From: Octopus vulgaris | Lineage: Eukaryota | NCBI GenBank assembly: GCA_951406725.2 | Contig: OX597822.1 | Coordinates: 111,228,001-111,292,000, forward strand | DNA length: 64,000 bases | Reading direction: 5' to 3' | Shown: piece after piece, positions 1 to 12,588 of the stretch | How positions within the stretch are numbered: position 1 is the first letter of the stretch | How the letters are laid out: every line of letters starts with the position of its first letter | Notes under the pieces: generated by a model | Databases searched by the model: none | The model's input: the letters and a program-made list of their open reading frames with translations, nothing else | What the model was told of the DNA's origin: nothing | Program-made: the position numbers and the translations under genes

Positions 1-223
1 CTTTTAGTGTATTAGTGATAGTTCGTAAAACATCACGTTTTGTGCATATGAAAAATAATATTTTCACAGAAAAGTATCGAACACGGAAAACTATATATAA
101 AATTATGAGTAAATAACTTAGATGTATGTATGCATGTTTGTAAGTATGCATGTATGTATTATGTATGAATGTAATATTATGTATATATGCATGTATGTAT
201 GTATGGACGTATTTATATATGTA

Positions 224-263
<40 letters not shown>

Positions 264-281
264 ATATATATATATATATAT

Positions 282-627
282 ACTCTCAGTGCGTGGCACG
301 TTGGTCAAGTGTCTTCTACTATAGCCTCGGGCCGACCAAAGCCTTGTGAGTGGATATGGTAGACGGAAACTGAAAGAAGCCCGTCGTATAAATGCATATC
401 TATATATGTATGTGGGTGTACATGTTAGTGTGTCTGTGTTTGTCTCCCCCCAACATCGCTTGACAACCGATTGCGGTGTGTTTACGTTCACGTAAATTAG
501 CGATTCGGCAAAATAGACCGATAGAATAAGTACGAGGCTTTCAAAGAATAAGTGCTGGGGTCGATTTGCTCGACTAAAAGGATGCTTCAGCATGGCCGCA
601 GTCAAATGACTGAAACAAATAAAAGAG
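282..627 (+). mobile_element. SINE family A, 5'-truncated
   Basis: Matches the full copy at 30270-30661 (caagtgtcttctactatagcctcgggccgacc...agacggaaactgaaagaagcc; tail gtcaaatgactgaaac + (aaagag)n). Confidence 0.85.
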
Positions 628-1267
628 AAAAGAGAAAAAGAGAAAATGTATGTATGTGTGCATGTATGTATGTATGTATCTATCTATCTATCTTCTGTCT
701 ATTTATCTGTCTATAATAATGTTCGTATCCGGTCTTATTCCACTTGATTCAAATCTAAACAGTTATAACAATTATAATCATGTAGATGATATATATTTCG
801 CATAAATTGCTTATTTTGGTGAATACAGAATTATTCAGAATCACTGCAACCAAACAATTCCATAACCTTTGATATATGATGCATGTTCTAGGGTGAGTGC
901 CCGAGTAGTGACATTATATTCTGTTACAAGAAGTTGTAACAACGTTAAGCAAATGGTAATGATCTATTCCTTTAGGTAATGTTTCATCGTTTTAATTTGA
1001 GTTACCTTTATCTCATGGACCGAGCACATTATGCGTTGGCTATTGAAACGTTTGCTGATCAACTAAGTGTGGGAGGTTTCCTTTCCCTTTGCTACCGCGT
1101 GTATGTTAATATTTCTTCTTCCTAGATATTAAAAGACCATATTTTAGAAAGACGGATGCATACTCTCTATACTTTAGCATTGAAAGATTTTCACCCATGC
1201 AAATTGCAGCCATTTCTATGCATAAGTGTGGCCTACAATTTGGCATATACATACATTCATATATACT

Positions 1268-1325
<58 letters not shown>

Positions 1326-1345
1326 CGTATCTCTCTCTCTCTCTG

Positions 1346-1376
<31 letters not shown>

Positions 1377-1645
1377 AACACACACGTGCTAGAATCGTGC
1401 AACAAAAGATCAGCAAGAATATAGGTCTCCATACTTTAAGGATAAACATGATATACGACATTTCAGTAGATATAACCATATAAGAGGGTCTGCTGGGAAA
1501 TCTGTGGGTCTTGTAAAGCCAATAATATATCAATCACTCACTTTCTGCTTCTGCAGACATGTTTCCAACGTAAACAGATACATACATATATACATATGTT
1601 TCCAAACATACTCACAGAAAATGCATATATACTGTCGATATGCAG

Positions 1646-1711
<66 letters not shown>

Positions 1712-1736
1712 TATATATATGTACATGTATATATGT

Positions 1737-1780
<44 letters not shown>

Positions 1781-1983
1781 ATATGTCGGCATGATAGATC
1801 GTTTGCTACCACATACATTTTTCTCTCCTTGTTTCTCTCTTTTTTTTTTCTGTGTCCCTTTCTGTAGAAGATCGTAGGTTCGAAACGTAAAAAATATTTT
1901 CTATTCCTGAGCGTTATAGTAATACATCTGTTTGTTGTGTACACCACCTCTCTTCGTCTTTTGTTTTTTTCGTAAACTCGCCC
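1781..1983 (+). mobile_element. Short non-coding element family D (Penelope pLTR-like) with hammerhead-like motif
   Basis: ~200-bp unit repeated at 16498, 18046, 56880 and 57217, within (TA)n; motif CTTT-CTGTAGA-A-stem-GAAACGT-A-AAA at 1858-1893. Confidence 0.7.
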
Positions 1984-2071
1984 TATATATATATATATGA
2001 ATATATGAATATATGAATAAATCCATGTAAAACAAAGCAAAATATTTAACAATTTCTTATTTGCTTTTCAG

Positions 2072-2117
2072 ATCTCAATACAACGTTTAACAAAAATGCC
2101 GAAAACCATCAATAAAG
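2072..2117 (+). other. Candidate host exon (46 nt), possibly a first coding exon (ATG at 2096, MPKTINK...)
   Basis: Polypyrimidine acceptor tttcttatttgcttttcAG, donor AAG|GTAAGA, A-rich context before ATG, unique sequence. No partner exon identified. Confidence 0.35.
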
Positions 2118-2480
2118 GTAAGAGAAATTAATTTAAACCAACATTCTAGTTCACAAACTTGGGAAAAAATAATAAATTCCAGCTAATTTGTTACTATACA
2201 GCATAGCCCTAATTCGGCAATTTGTTTATAACCTCTCGAGCAATTCTAGCCCACACTCAAAGATAGATAACTAGAGGCATAACGAAAAGAGACATACAAA
2301 AACACATACACGTATCTATCCATTTATCTATATATTTATGTATCTGTCTAAATATTTATAAGACTGTATATTTTTATTTATATTTAACAGAATTTTTTCT
2401 CTTTGCATAATAATACCTGTATAATATATATATATATATTCATTTATATGTTCCAGCCCTAAGGCTGTGTCCATGCCGGG

Positions 2481-2552
<72 letters not shown>

Positions 2553-2603
2553 AATATTAAATTTCTAAATGTCTGAAAGAGACATGAGCGGTGGTGGAGC
2601 GAT

Positions 2604-2902
2604 AGAGTGGTTGTATACTGTCAACTTAACGTGACAGTCCCGTAAAGGCAATTACACACCGCTGTTTAGCCCTTGGAAGCATCGAAGGCTTCCCGTCGGC
2701 TTTGACACATTTTCGGTGTCCTTATATTTGTGAAGCGGAGGCAAGCACTTGGCTGGTAGTGGTGCTTGCCTCCCCATCACAAATATAAGGACACAGAAAA
2801 TGTGTCAAAGCCGACAGGAAGCGTTCGATGCTTCCTAGGGCTAAACAGCGGTGGTTTAATAACTCTATTGGACCGTCACGTTAAGTTGACAGTATACAAC
2901 CA

Positions 2903-2906
<4 letters not shown>
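2604..2906. repeat. Palindromic (fold-back) element, ~145-bp arms, ~13-nt spacer
   Basis: agagtggttgtatactgtcaacttaacgtgac...gaggcaagcac is mirrored by gtgcttgcctc...gtcacgttaagttgacagtatacaaccactct, with scattered mismatches. Confidence 0.9.
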
Positions 2907-2966
<60 letters not shown>

Positions 2967-4355
2967 CAATAAATAATTTTTGTTCCTTTTTATGGAAACA
3001 AAAAAGGTTTATAGGTTTACAAAATAGAAGTGTTCGAATGAAATTATGACATTTTATAAGCATTCATTTTCGAATTGAGACATGGAATCAAAATTTCCCT
3101 CGAACTGTCGCCAGGGTTTCCTGTTTGTATACTGTCATCATGTTTACTGTGAAACGCTTCCAAAATGACTTGTAGTTGTTTCTTTTGTGCAACCTGCTGA
3201 ACATTATTTTGGGTTTGTGCTCTGAACGTTTACTAAGAATTAATTCCTCGTAAACTCGAACATATCTAGACGAATATCCTGCTGGTTAGAAGAGCTTTCT
3301 TTCTAAGACAACCCAACTTTCCCAACATCCGGAAACAAACACACACTGAGGTTTTATATATATACAAACACACTTACTTATATGCGTGTGCACGTGTGTG
3401 TGTATGTGTGTTTACAAAACAATATACACTATTTTGTAGGTGGGTTTGTAGTCGAATATATTTATGGAGTGGACAACTACAGACTTACTTATTTTTTCTA
3501 ATTCTTTCAAAAAGTATTTAAAAAATAGACGGTAATATTTTAACTTTAAATAGAAGCGCACTGAACTCAAGAATGGGGTTAGTTGTTTTGTCACGGGAGA
3601 GAATAAGTAATTCAAATCTTTCAAAGAAGGAAAAAAAAAATTTCTGACAAAGAATAAGTACTGAAATGGTCAGTCTTCATCCCTTTATCACTCAAATATC
3701 TCTAAATGCTTAATTTTATTCTTCATTTTATTATTCAGCCTGTTTTGCATTTTCTTCCTTCTAATCTGAGCAGTAAGAGAGAAGGGTAAATTATAGTCAA
3801 ACGGAACCTTTTCTTTCTTTTAGTTGTTTCTTTATGAATGTACTTTGTATTGTGATGGTATTTGTATTTTTTCTGCCAATGTATCTATGGGTTTATGCAT
3901 TTTCACACGAAGTGAAATAAAAAGAGTATCTAACGAAGGCGTTATTTAAACAATTACCTCAGGAGGCGCATTTTATACCTTGGATCTATTATAAAGATTA
4001 CACATCACTTCGCGAATATACAGCAGGTGTAAAAATGTGTCAAAACAATTGTAGTGTTTTAAATAAAGAACGTCGGTTATTCAGCTTTCTGCCAGTTATT
4101 TATGCATATAAACTCTACAAATGCTATGACGTTTCTGATCTATATTCGGTAACATTTGCACTATATGAAGAGATGATGTAACCAATAACTGCGGACGAGC
4201 ATTCCCTAACATTCTACAAGCTTTTTACCCCCAAATTATATACATACATTCATACATCATACATACATTTATATACATATACGTATATATTGACAGAAAG
4301 TGTAAGACGACAAAAGAATGAAAGAAACCTCGATATTATTTAAATAGAGGAATGA

Positions 4356-4611
4356 ATCTGTAAATGTAATATGTGACAATTATTCAGTAGCCATGATAAA
4401 ACACGGAGTTTCGGATGCCGAGGTGGAAATCCACGCCGCTATCTCTTCAGTTATCCGGCCATCGGACAGAATGCTATGAAAAATTTTTCATAGCATTTTA
4501 TCCGATGGCCGGATAACTGAAGAGATGGCGGCGTGGATTTCCACTCCGGCATCCGAAACTCGGAGATTTATCATGGCTACTGAATAATTGTCACATACTA
4601 CATTTACAGAT
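4356..4611. repeat. Spacer-less palindrome, 128-bp arms, each arm carrying a hammerhead-like motif
   Basis: Centre atgctatgaaaaa|tttttcatagcat at 4483/4484; arms nearly complementary. Confidence 0.92.
4508..4577 (+). ncRNA. Type I hammerhead ribozyme-like motif (mirror copy on - strand at ~4390-4460)
   Basis: GATAA-CTGAAGA-[long stem II GATGGCGGCGTGGA.TT.TCCACTCCGGCATCC]-GAAAC-...-TTATC; stem I GATAA/TTATC extended by GCC/GGC; the minus copy has GAAAC-tccgt-GT-T. Confidence 0.6.
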
Positions 4612-5943
4612 ACATATACGTATATATATATATATGTGTGTTTGCGTGTGTGTGTGTGTGTGTGTGTGTGTATCTATCTATCTATCTAGACATATTTAAG
4701 TATACATATGTGTGTATACGTGTGTAAGTATGTATCCAAACACACGTGCGTTATATATGCATACATCTATTTTTGTACCTATATAAGTGTATTTATACGG
4801 CAGTCCTCTCGTGTTTGTCAATGCTAGCTATAAATATATATGCCTCAGTACATCGATAGAATCTCTTACACACACAAAGGCATATGCACACTAACGCTTA
4901 CACACACACAGAAGCGTATATATATATATATATATATATATAAACATAAGAGGAGTCTATACTTTAAAATGTACCTTCTAATATGTTGTAAAATAATTTT
5001 TAAATTGCTGCGGTTCATGCTTCATTAGCTTCTGGTCTCTCGGGTAACACTATGTAGACACATTTGTTTTATTTCTCAATAGCAACATTTGCAGCTCTCC
5101 TATATGATTTCAGAAAATGTATTCATTCGTATATAATCCCATGTTGTCAATGATAAATTTGCATTTAGATATCTCGTAAAATTGAGTGACATATGCTTTA
5201 TGTATTACCATGATTTTGCATTGAACAATATAAATTTCTCCTACGCTTTGTACAATTGTGAGAATAAATATTGCATATATTGTACAACCTCTGCCCCACA
5301 CCTATATGAAAGACTATACGTGCATATTATTATTATTATTGGCGCTTGCTAATGTTGTTACCTGCCGATGTATCTGACTGAAATGTAATCAGTAATGGAG
5401 TGTCTTCTAGCATTGAAATAGCAGCAAGCAAGCTAGCTACTTTCTAAACAGTTCAAACACTATAGTAAATATTCTCCGTTATATCTTTACCTTTTCCATC
5501 CCCCGCTGCTCCACGTTTACTTTCCCCCCTCCCATATTCAGATTTGAAGTCTTTGTATCACTCACTACTTCCAATCATTAATACAAGTAAACACTCATCT
5601 CTCTCTGTCAAGGTGAACTACGTGAACGTTAGAATTCTGTTTTTCCTCATGGCATGAAATTTAATCTAATGTTTGAGACTTTTTATATAACTGTTTACTG
5701 ACGCGGACCATAACTAGTTTCCTCAGATTCTACAGTTTCATCCCATTCATTGCTGTATCAAAAACGAACATTATCCGACTATAACCTTTCTATGAACAGC
5801 TACCTATGACAATGGCATTACAAAACATGTACTGCATTTATCTCCTTCCACAAACATAAATCTCTGCATGAAATGTATTTAAAATTAAACGTTTTACGCC
5901 TACAAATATATTTTGTAAACTTAATACCTACAGAACATATTTT

Positions 5944-6046
5944 AGTCCCGCGGCGTTGCACCTTGGGCAAGTGTCTTCTACTGTAGCCTCGGGCCGACCA
6001 ATGCCTTGTGAGTGGATTTGGTAGACAGAATTGAAAGGAGCCCGTC

Positions 6047-6048
<2 letters not shown>
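5944..6048 (+). mobile_element. SINE family A fragment
   Basis: gcaccttgggcaagtgtcttctactgtagcctcgggccgacc...gcccgtcg. Confidence 0.8.
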
Positions 6049-6090
<42 letters not shown>

Positions 6091-6341
6091 ATTTTAATAA
6101 TGAGGGAGATAAATTGAATATTAATTCAATTAATATCAATTTAAAACCAGTAGCCTAGCATACAAAAATCTGAAGAATCAGAGAAAATTCTAATACATGT
6201 GGTTAGCCATATGCTAGAAGTAGATCACCTTCGATCAAACTACAAAGAAAAGAATGTTCTCTACAGAAAAATTCAGCGGACACCAGAAGAATATGCGGGC
6301 AACACAGACGAAAATTATATAAAAAACAAGAATTAATTAAT

Positions 6342-6494
<153 letters not shown>

Positions 6495-6524
6495 TTGAGT
6501 TGTGGGGTATCGCACGAGTGGGAT

Positions 6525-7433
6525 TATATAAGAAAAAAGGTTTGAAAATGCAATTTAAACGATGTTTATTTACTTAACCGGTTTCACTCTTTGGTAAAAG
6601 ATTGTCAAAAGTTACATTTAAGGAAACATTGAATAATATGGGTTCAAAAAAAGTTTTTTACATAATTGTCACATTGAATATTATGCATTCAAAAAAGTTT
6701 TTTACATAATTGTCACATTGGATATTATGGGTTCAAAAAAGTTTTTTACATAATTGTCACATTGAATATTATGCATTCAAAAAAGTTTTTTACATAATTG
6801 TCACATTGGATATTATGAATTCAAAAATGTTTTTTTATACATAATTGTCACATTATTTGGGAAAATTTGGCAGAAAAGGATAAAACAAATATATTATTGG
6901 GAATTGGTTGCGTTAATTATTGGTTGTCGCAAATTGTCACATTACATGTATATATATACAATCTTTGGTATATATATACAGCGTTTTGATAGCAAAAATT
7001 AAAATGGATTTTTTGTACATCTCAGAATATTTTAAGTATGTTTTTACTGACCTGTCAGTATTAGCAGAAAGGCTGAACTGAGAGAACAGAAGAAGTAGCC
7101 AATGTGGTGTATACTTCCCTTTATGCATGAATGATTTTGGGGTTATCAGGAGGTTAGTATGCGGGTGTGAATAGATGTGTCCGTGCCTGCTGGTCAGACA
7201 GCGTCTGTTTGTCACACACATATACATACACACAAACACACACACACACAACAACACACACACACACACACACATAGTATACAAACACACACCACATACA
7301 AACAACACACACACACACAGAACACACACACCCACACACAACGCACCCACATATATCACATATACACACAGCACACAAATATAACATGTATCTATATATA
7401 ACATACACAGATATATAACACACATACACACAC

Positions 7434-7481
<48 letters not shown>

Positions 7482-8840
7482 TACATACATAATATAAATA
7501 TCACACAAATACACCTAGCATATATATACACACATACAGCATGTAAGTAATATACATACACAATATATGCATGCAATATACATACGCATACATACATATA
7601 ATATATATATATATAGACAATGCATATACATATATACACATATACATATAAATAGTGTTTACATACACATACATAGATGTACCACATATACACACAACAC
7701 ACATACATACAATGCATACACATACACGTACGCATACATATAATATATATATACACACACACACACATAACATACACACACACAATGCATACATATATAT
7801 ACACGCAAAAGCATATACATGTATTCATGCACATATAGCACACCTACAATATACATATATACAGTGCACACATACACACAAATATATACACTTAATTGTA
7901 CACGTACATATACAATACACATACATACAATATACATATACACAATGCGCATGCAAATAATGTACATGTTTATACACACATAAACATGCAAATAAATATA
8001 CACACACACACATACACACACACACATATATATACACATATATATATATATATATACATACATACATACATACATGCACATACATATATTTTTTCACACA
8101 CATACACACACATATATATATATAAAAAATTCACCACCCCCACACACACACAAATTACAAACCTATAGCGTGTACGCTATAGGTTTGTAATTTGTGTGTA
8201 TATATATGTGTGTGTGTATGTGTGTGTGTATGTGCATGTATGTATGTATGTGTGTATATATATATATATGTGTATATATATGTGTGTGTGTGTATGTGTG
8301 TGTGTGTATATTTATTTGCATGTTTATGTGTGTATAAACATGTACATTATTTGCATGCGCATTGTGTATATGTATATTGTATGTATGTGTATTGTATATG
8401 TACGTGTACAATTAAGTGTATATATTTGTGTGTATGTGTGCACTGTATATATGTATATTGTAGGTGTGTTATATGTGCATGAATACATGTATATGCTTTA
8501 TGTGTATATATATGTATGCATTGTGTGTGTATGTATGTTATGTGTGTGTGTGTGTATATATATATTATATGTATGCGTACCTGTATGTGTATGCATTGTA
8601 TGTATGTGTGTTGTGTGTATATGTGGTACATCTATGTATGTGTATGTAAACACTATTTATATGTATATGTGTATATATGTATATGCATTGTCTATATATA
8701 TATATATTATATGTATGTATTGCGTATGTATATTGCATGCATATATTGTGTATGTATATTACTTACATGCTGTATGTGTGTATTGTATGTGTGTATATAT
8801 ATGCTAGGTGTATTTGTGTGATATTTATATTATGTATGTA

Positions 8841-8908
<68 letters not shown>

Positions 8909-8985
8909 TTATATATCTGTGTATGTTATATATAGATACATGTTATATTTGTGTGCTGTGTGTATATGTGATATATGTGGGTGCG

Positions 8986-9038
<53 letters not shown>

Positions 9039-9783
9039 TATACTATGTGTGTGTGTGTGTGTTGTTGTGTGTGTGTGTGTTTGTGTGTATGTATATGTGT
9101 GTGACAAACAGACGCTGTCTGACCAGCAGGCACGGACACATCTATTCACACCCGCATACTAACCTCCTGATAACCCCAAAATCATTCATGCATAAAGGGG
9201 AAGTATACACCACATTGGCTACTTCTTCTGTTCTCTCAGTTCAGCCTTTCTGCTAATACTGACAGGTCAGTAAAAACATACTTAAAATATTCTGAGATGT
9301 ACAAAAAATCCATTTTAATTTTTGCTATCAAAACGCTGTATATATATACCAAAGATTGTATATATATACATGTAATGTGACAATTTGCGACAACCAATAA
9401 TTAACGCAACCAATTCCCAATAATATATTTGTTTTATCCTTTTCTGCCAAATTTTCCCAAATAATGTGACAATTATGTATAAAAAAACATTTTTGAATTC
9501 ATAATATCCAATGTGACAATTATGTAAAAAACTTTTTGAATGCATAATATTCAATGTGACAATTATGTAAAAAACTTTTTTTGAACCCATAATATCCAAT
9601 GTGACAATTATGTAAAAAACTTTTTGAATGCATAATATTCAATGTGACAATTATGTAAAAAACTTTTTTTGAACCCATATTATTCAATGTTTCCTTAAAT
9701 GTAACTTTTAACAATCTTTTACCAAAGAGTGAAACCGGTTAAGTAAATAAACATCGTTTAAATTGCATTTTCAAACCTTTTTT

Positions 9784-9791
<8 letters not shown>
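6525..9791. repeat. Long near-perfect palindrome, ~1.6-kb arms, 2-nt spacer at 8172-8173
   Basis: Centre acctatagcgt-gt-acgctataggt; unique segments 6525-7215 and 9100-9791 are reverse complements; flanked by (TA)n. Confidence 0.95.
6635..6853 (+). repeat. 44-bp minisatellite, ~5 copies (mirrored at ~9463-9682)
   Basis: cataattgtcaca recurs at 6661, 6705, 6749, 6793 and 6840; units alternate gggttc/gcattc. Confidence 0.9.
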
Positions 9792-9835
<44 letters not shown>

Positions 9836-9843
9836 AATGAACA

Positions 9844-10070
9844 ATTAAATTACAGCATCCAGAAAATTACATATAGTAGAAATATTAAAAATAAAAGAAA
9901 CAATAAAATAACGATGATTAAGTAAATTGCAAAATAATATTAAAAAATATATATATTTGTTATATATTATTTATAATTATTTTGCAATTTACTTAATTAT
10001 CGGTATTTTATTGTTATTTTATTCTTAATATTTCTATTATATGTAATTTTCTTGATGGTGTAATTTAATT
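9844..10070. repeat. Imperfect AT-rich palindrome, ~95-bp arms; solo arm also at ~60843-60939
   Basis: aattaaattacagcatc...agtaaattgcaaaataat versus attattttgcaatttact...gatggtgtaatttaatt. Confidence 0.8.
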
Positions 10071-10094
10071 CTTCACTTTGAATTGGTAAAAGAG

Positions 10095-10185
10095 TGCCGG
10101 TAGAATAAGTCCTGGGGTCGATTCGCTCGACTAACGGCGGTGCTCCAGCATGGCCGCAGTGAAATGACTGAAACAAATAGAAGAA
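10095..10185 (+). mobile_element. SINE family A tail
   Basis: gaataagtcctggggtcgattcgctcgactaacggcggtgctccagcatggccgcag. Confidence 0.8.
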
Positions 10186-10834
10186 TAACTTTAAAATATA
10201 ATGCATCAAGACAGCACTATCTCCAGAGAACCGAAAACAAACAGATTATCACTCATAATATTCATGTAAAATTCGTTCCGTACACACTTTCGCTAGCGAG
10301 GCATTCAATGTTGACAATCACAAATAACTCCAAATTTAGTGTTGACATACCCATTTTAAAACTAAAATTCTAGTAATATTATATCACATCAAAAATTTGT
10401 TTTCAATTGACATGCGTAATAAAATATGGGCGGACAGTATATTTGAAATTCAGGTACTAGCACGAAGCACAATATTATATATATGTTCCAGCGACAGGTT
10501 GATCAATTATCCTGTTACGGTAGTTTACAGCAGCAAAATGATAACGATCAGGGGAAGAATTCAGTACGAATCAGAATTCTTCAGCCAAAAATAGAAGAAC
10601 AGGAGTGCGACGTAGTATAAAAAATTCTTTACGCCAAAACTGATCCGGAACAATAAGGTACGGACTAAACTATGGCGACTGCATCAAATCTACCGCAAAT
10701 ATTACGTTCCACTGACGACTCTTAAATGTAAAAATCACTTGCCTTACCATTTTCAGAATTTTCTTGGATCAGTGGCATAAAGCAATCGTTTAGCTTTGGT
10801 GTAAATAGAAAAAGAAAGCGAAAAATTGATATAA

Positions 10835-10868
<34 letters not shown>

Positions 10869-10875
<7 letters not shown>

Positions 10876-11020
10876 GCATTATTACACATAAATGCCACAC
10901 GCTTGGAGGGACTTTTAAAGTGATAACTACCAAAAATAAACAAATCGTATTATTTTTGGTAGTTATGACTTTAAAAGTCCCTCCTAGCGTGTGGCATTTA
11001 TGTGTAATAATGCCCTCTAT
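10869..11020. repeat. Hairpin/MITE-like palindrome, ~70-bp arms, in (TA)n
   Basis: tagaggcattattacacataaatgccacacgct...ctaccaaaaata versus tatttttggtag...agcgtgtggcatttatgtgtaataatgcc. Confidence 0.9.
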
Positions 11021-11131
11021 ATAATATAAATAAATATTTTCAGGTAAAAAAATTTACAGATTTTTTCTCTTATGAGGTTTTTCACGCTAACTACCTGATA
11101 ATTTCTTATTAAGATTTTATCCTATTTTTAA

Positions 11132-11178
<47 letters not shown>

Positions 11179-11221
11179 GGAGGTGAACACCGTTCGATAT
11201 ATACGTATATATATATTACTT

Positions 11222-11480
11222 GTGGCATTTCGTCGGTTACGACAACGAGGGTTCCAATTGATCCGATCAACCGAAGAGCCTGCTCTTGAAACAGGAAGAA
11301 AGTGTGTGAGAAAGCTGTGGTGAAAGAGTACACCAGGGTTCGTCACCCATCCCGCTGCCCGAATCTCGTAGCGCTTTAGGTGTTTTCTCTCAATAAACAC
11401 TCACATCGCCCGGTCTGGGAATCGACACCGCAATCCTACAACCGCGAAACTGCTGCCCTAACCACTGGGTCATTGCGCCT

Positions 11481-11482
<2 letters not shown>
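11222..11482 (-). mobile_element. SINE family C (tRNA-like head)
   Basis: Reverse complement of ggaggcgcaatgacccagtggttagggcag...tcgattcccagacc (A/B-box-like). Confidence 0.85.
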
Positions 11483-11534
<52 letters not shown>

Positions 11535-11537
<3 letters not shown>

Positions 11538-11708
11538 GCTCGAAGTACGAGAGTGGTAAAATAGCCAACAACTGATGAAGGGACGTTTTTTATATTGTTT
11601 GTCTTGTTTTCCATTTGGTTTTCGTTGTTCGAAAATATAGTTCATATTCCATGTATTCGTACTTCGTATATTTTTGTTGTACACGCTTCATGACGTCTTG
11701 TGCCCATA

Positions 11709-11749
<41 letters not shown>

Positions 11750-11785
11750 GTATAGATGCATGTACATATACGTACGTATATATGC

Positions 11786-11841
<56 letters not shown>

Positions 11842-12446
11842 AATATTCATATTATTGTATGATTGAACGCCACGCATCCTCTTCCAAGTAAGCACTCTAT
11901 ACAATATGTTCACCCTTTCCTTTGTCTCTCTTTCTCTCCCTTATTCTTTTACCTCCTCTTCTACTATTCTATCCTCTTACTTTGTCACTTTCTCTCCCTC
12001 ACTTCTCCTTCCTTTCTGAAGTGGCTCCACGTGACCATCGGCTATCTTTCTTTTCTTAACTTGGGCTACTTTCTCTCCGTTGTAGCTGGAACGAGGAAGA
12101 CATGTTCTTGTCTGTCTCCTGTCCAAGCTTGATTTCGCCACCACAACCTCATTTAGGCTTATCAACCCTTCCTGTTTGTTTTCACTGTTTTGTTTGAGTT
12201 ACGTATTTTGACCCTCCGCAAAATCCTAAATATTCTTGTAATTTGTTTTGCGGGAGCAACTGTTTTATCGAAAGCGGATATTGTTCTTAAATGCTCGAAA
12301 TACGAGAGTAGAAAAACAGCCAACAACTGATGAAAGATCCTTCTTTATGTTGTTTGTCTTGTTTTCCATGTGATGTGTGCCATTCGTTGTTCGAAAAATT
12401 AGCTCATATTCCATGTACTCGTACTTCGTCTTTGACGTCCTGTGCC

Positions 12447-12489
<43 letters not shown>

Positions 12490-12588
12490 GTATAGATGTA
12501 AGTATGTACATATACGTATGTATATATGCATATATATATTATTTATATTATTATATGATTGAACGCCACGCATCCTCTTCCAAGTAAG
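11535..12588 (+). mobile_element. Non-coding element family F with diverged terminal direct repeats (11535-11891 and 12290-12588); pLTR/retrozyme-like
   Basis: aatgctcgaa.tacgagagt...gccaacaactgatgaa...tgtgccca and gattgaacgccacgcatcctcttccaagtaag each occur twice; relatives at ~21770-22111 and 40235-40890. Confidence 0.65.

Noticed and set aside
2096-2117. ERM/moesin N-terminus (MPKTI...)
   Set aside because: Only five residues match and the next residues differ from the VRV motif; no further exons found.
4584-4596. taattgtcacat shared with the 44-bp minisatellite
   Set aside because: 12-bp AT-rich match in opposite orientation relative to the hammerhead motifs; probably chance.
6635-6853. 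CRISPR-like 44-bp repeats
   Set aside because: No spacers; simple minisatellite.
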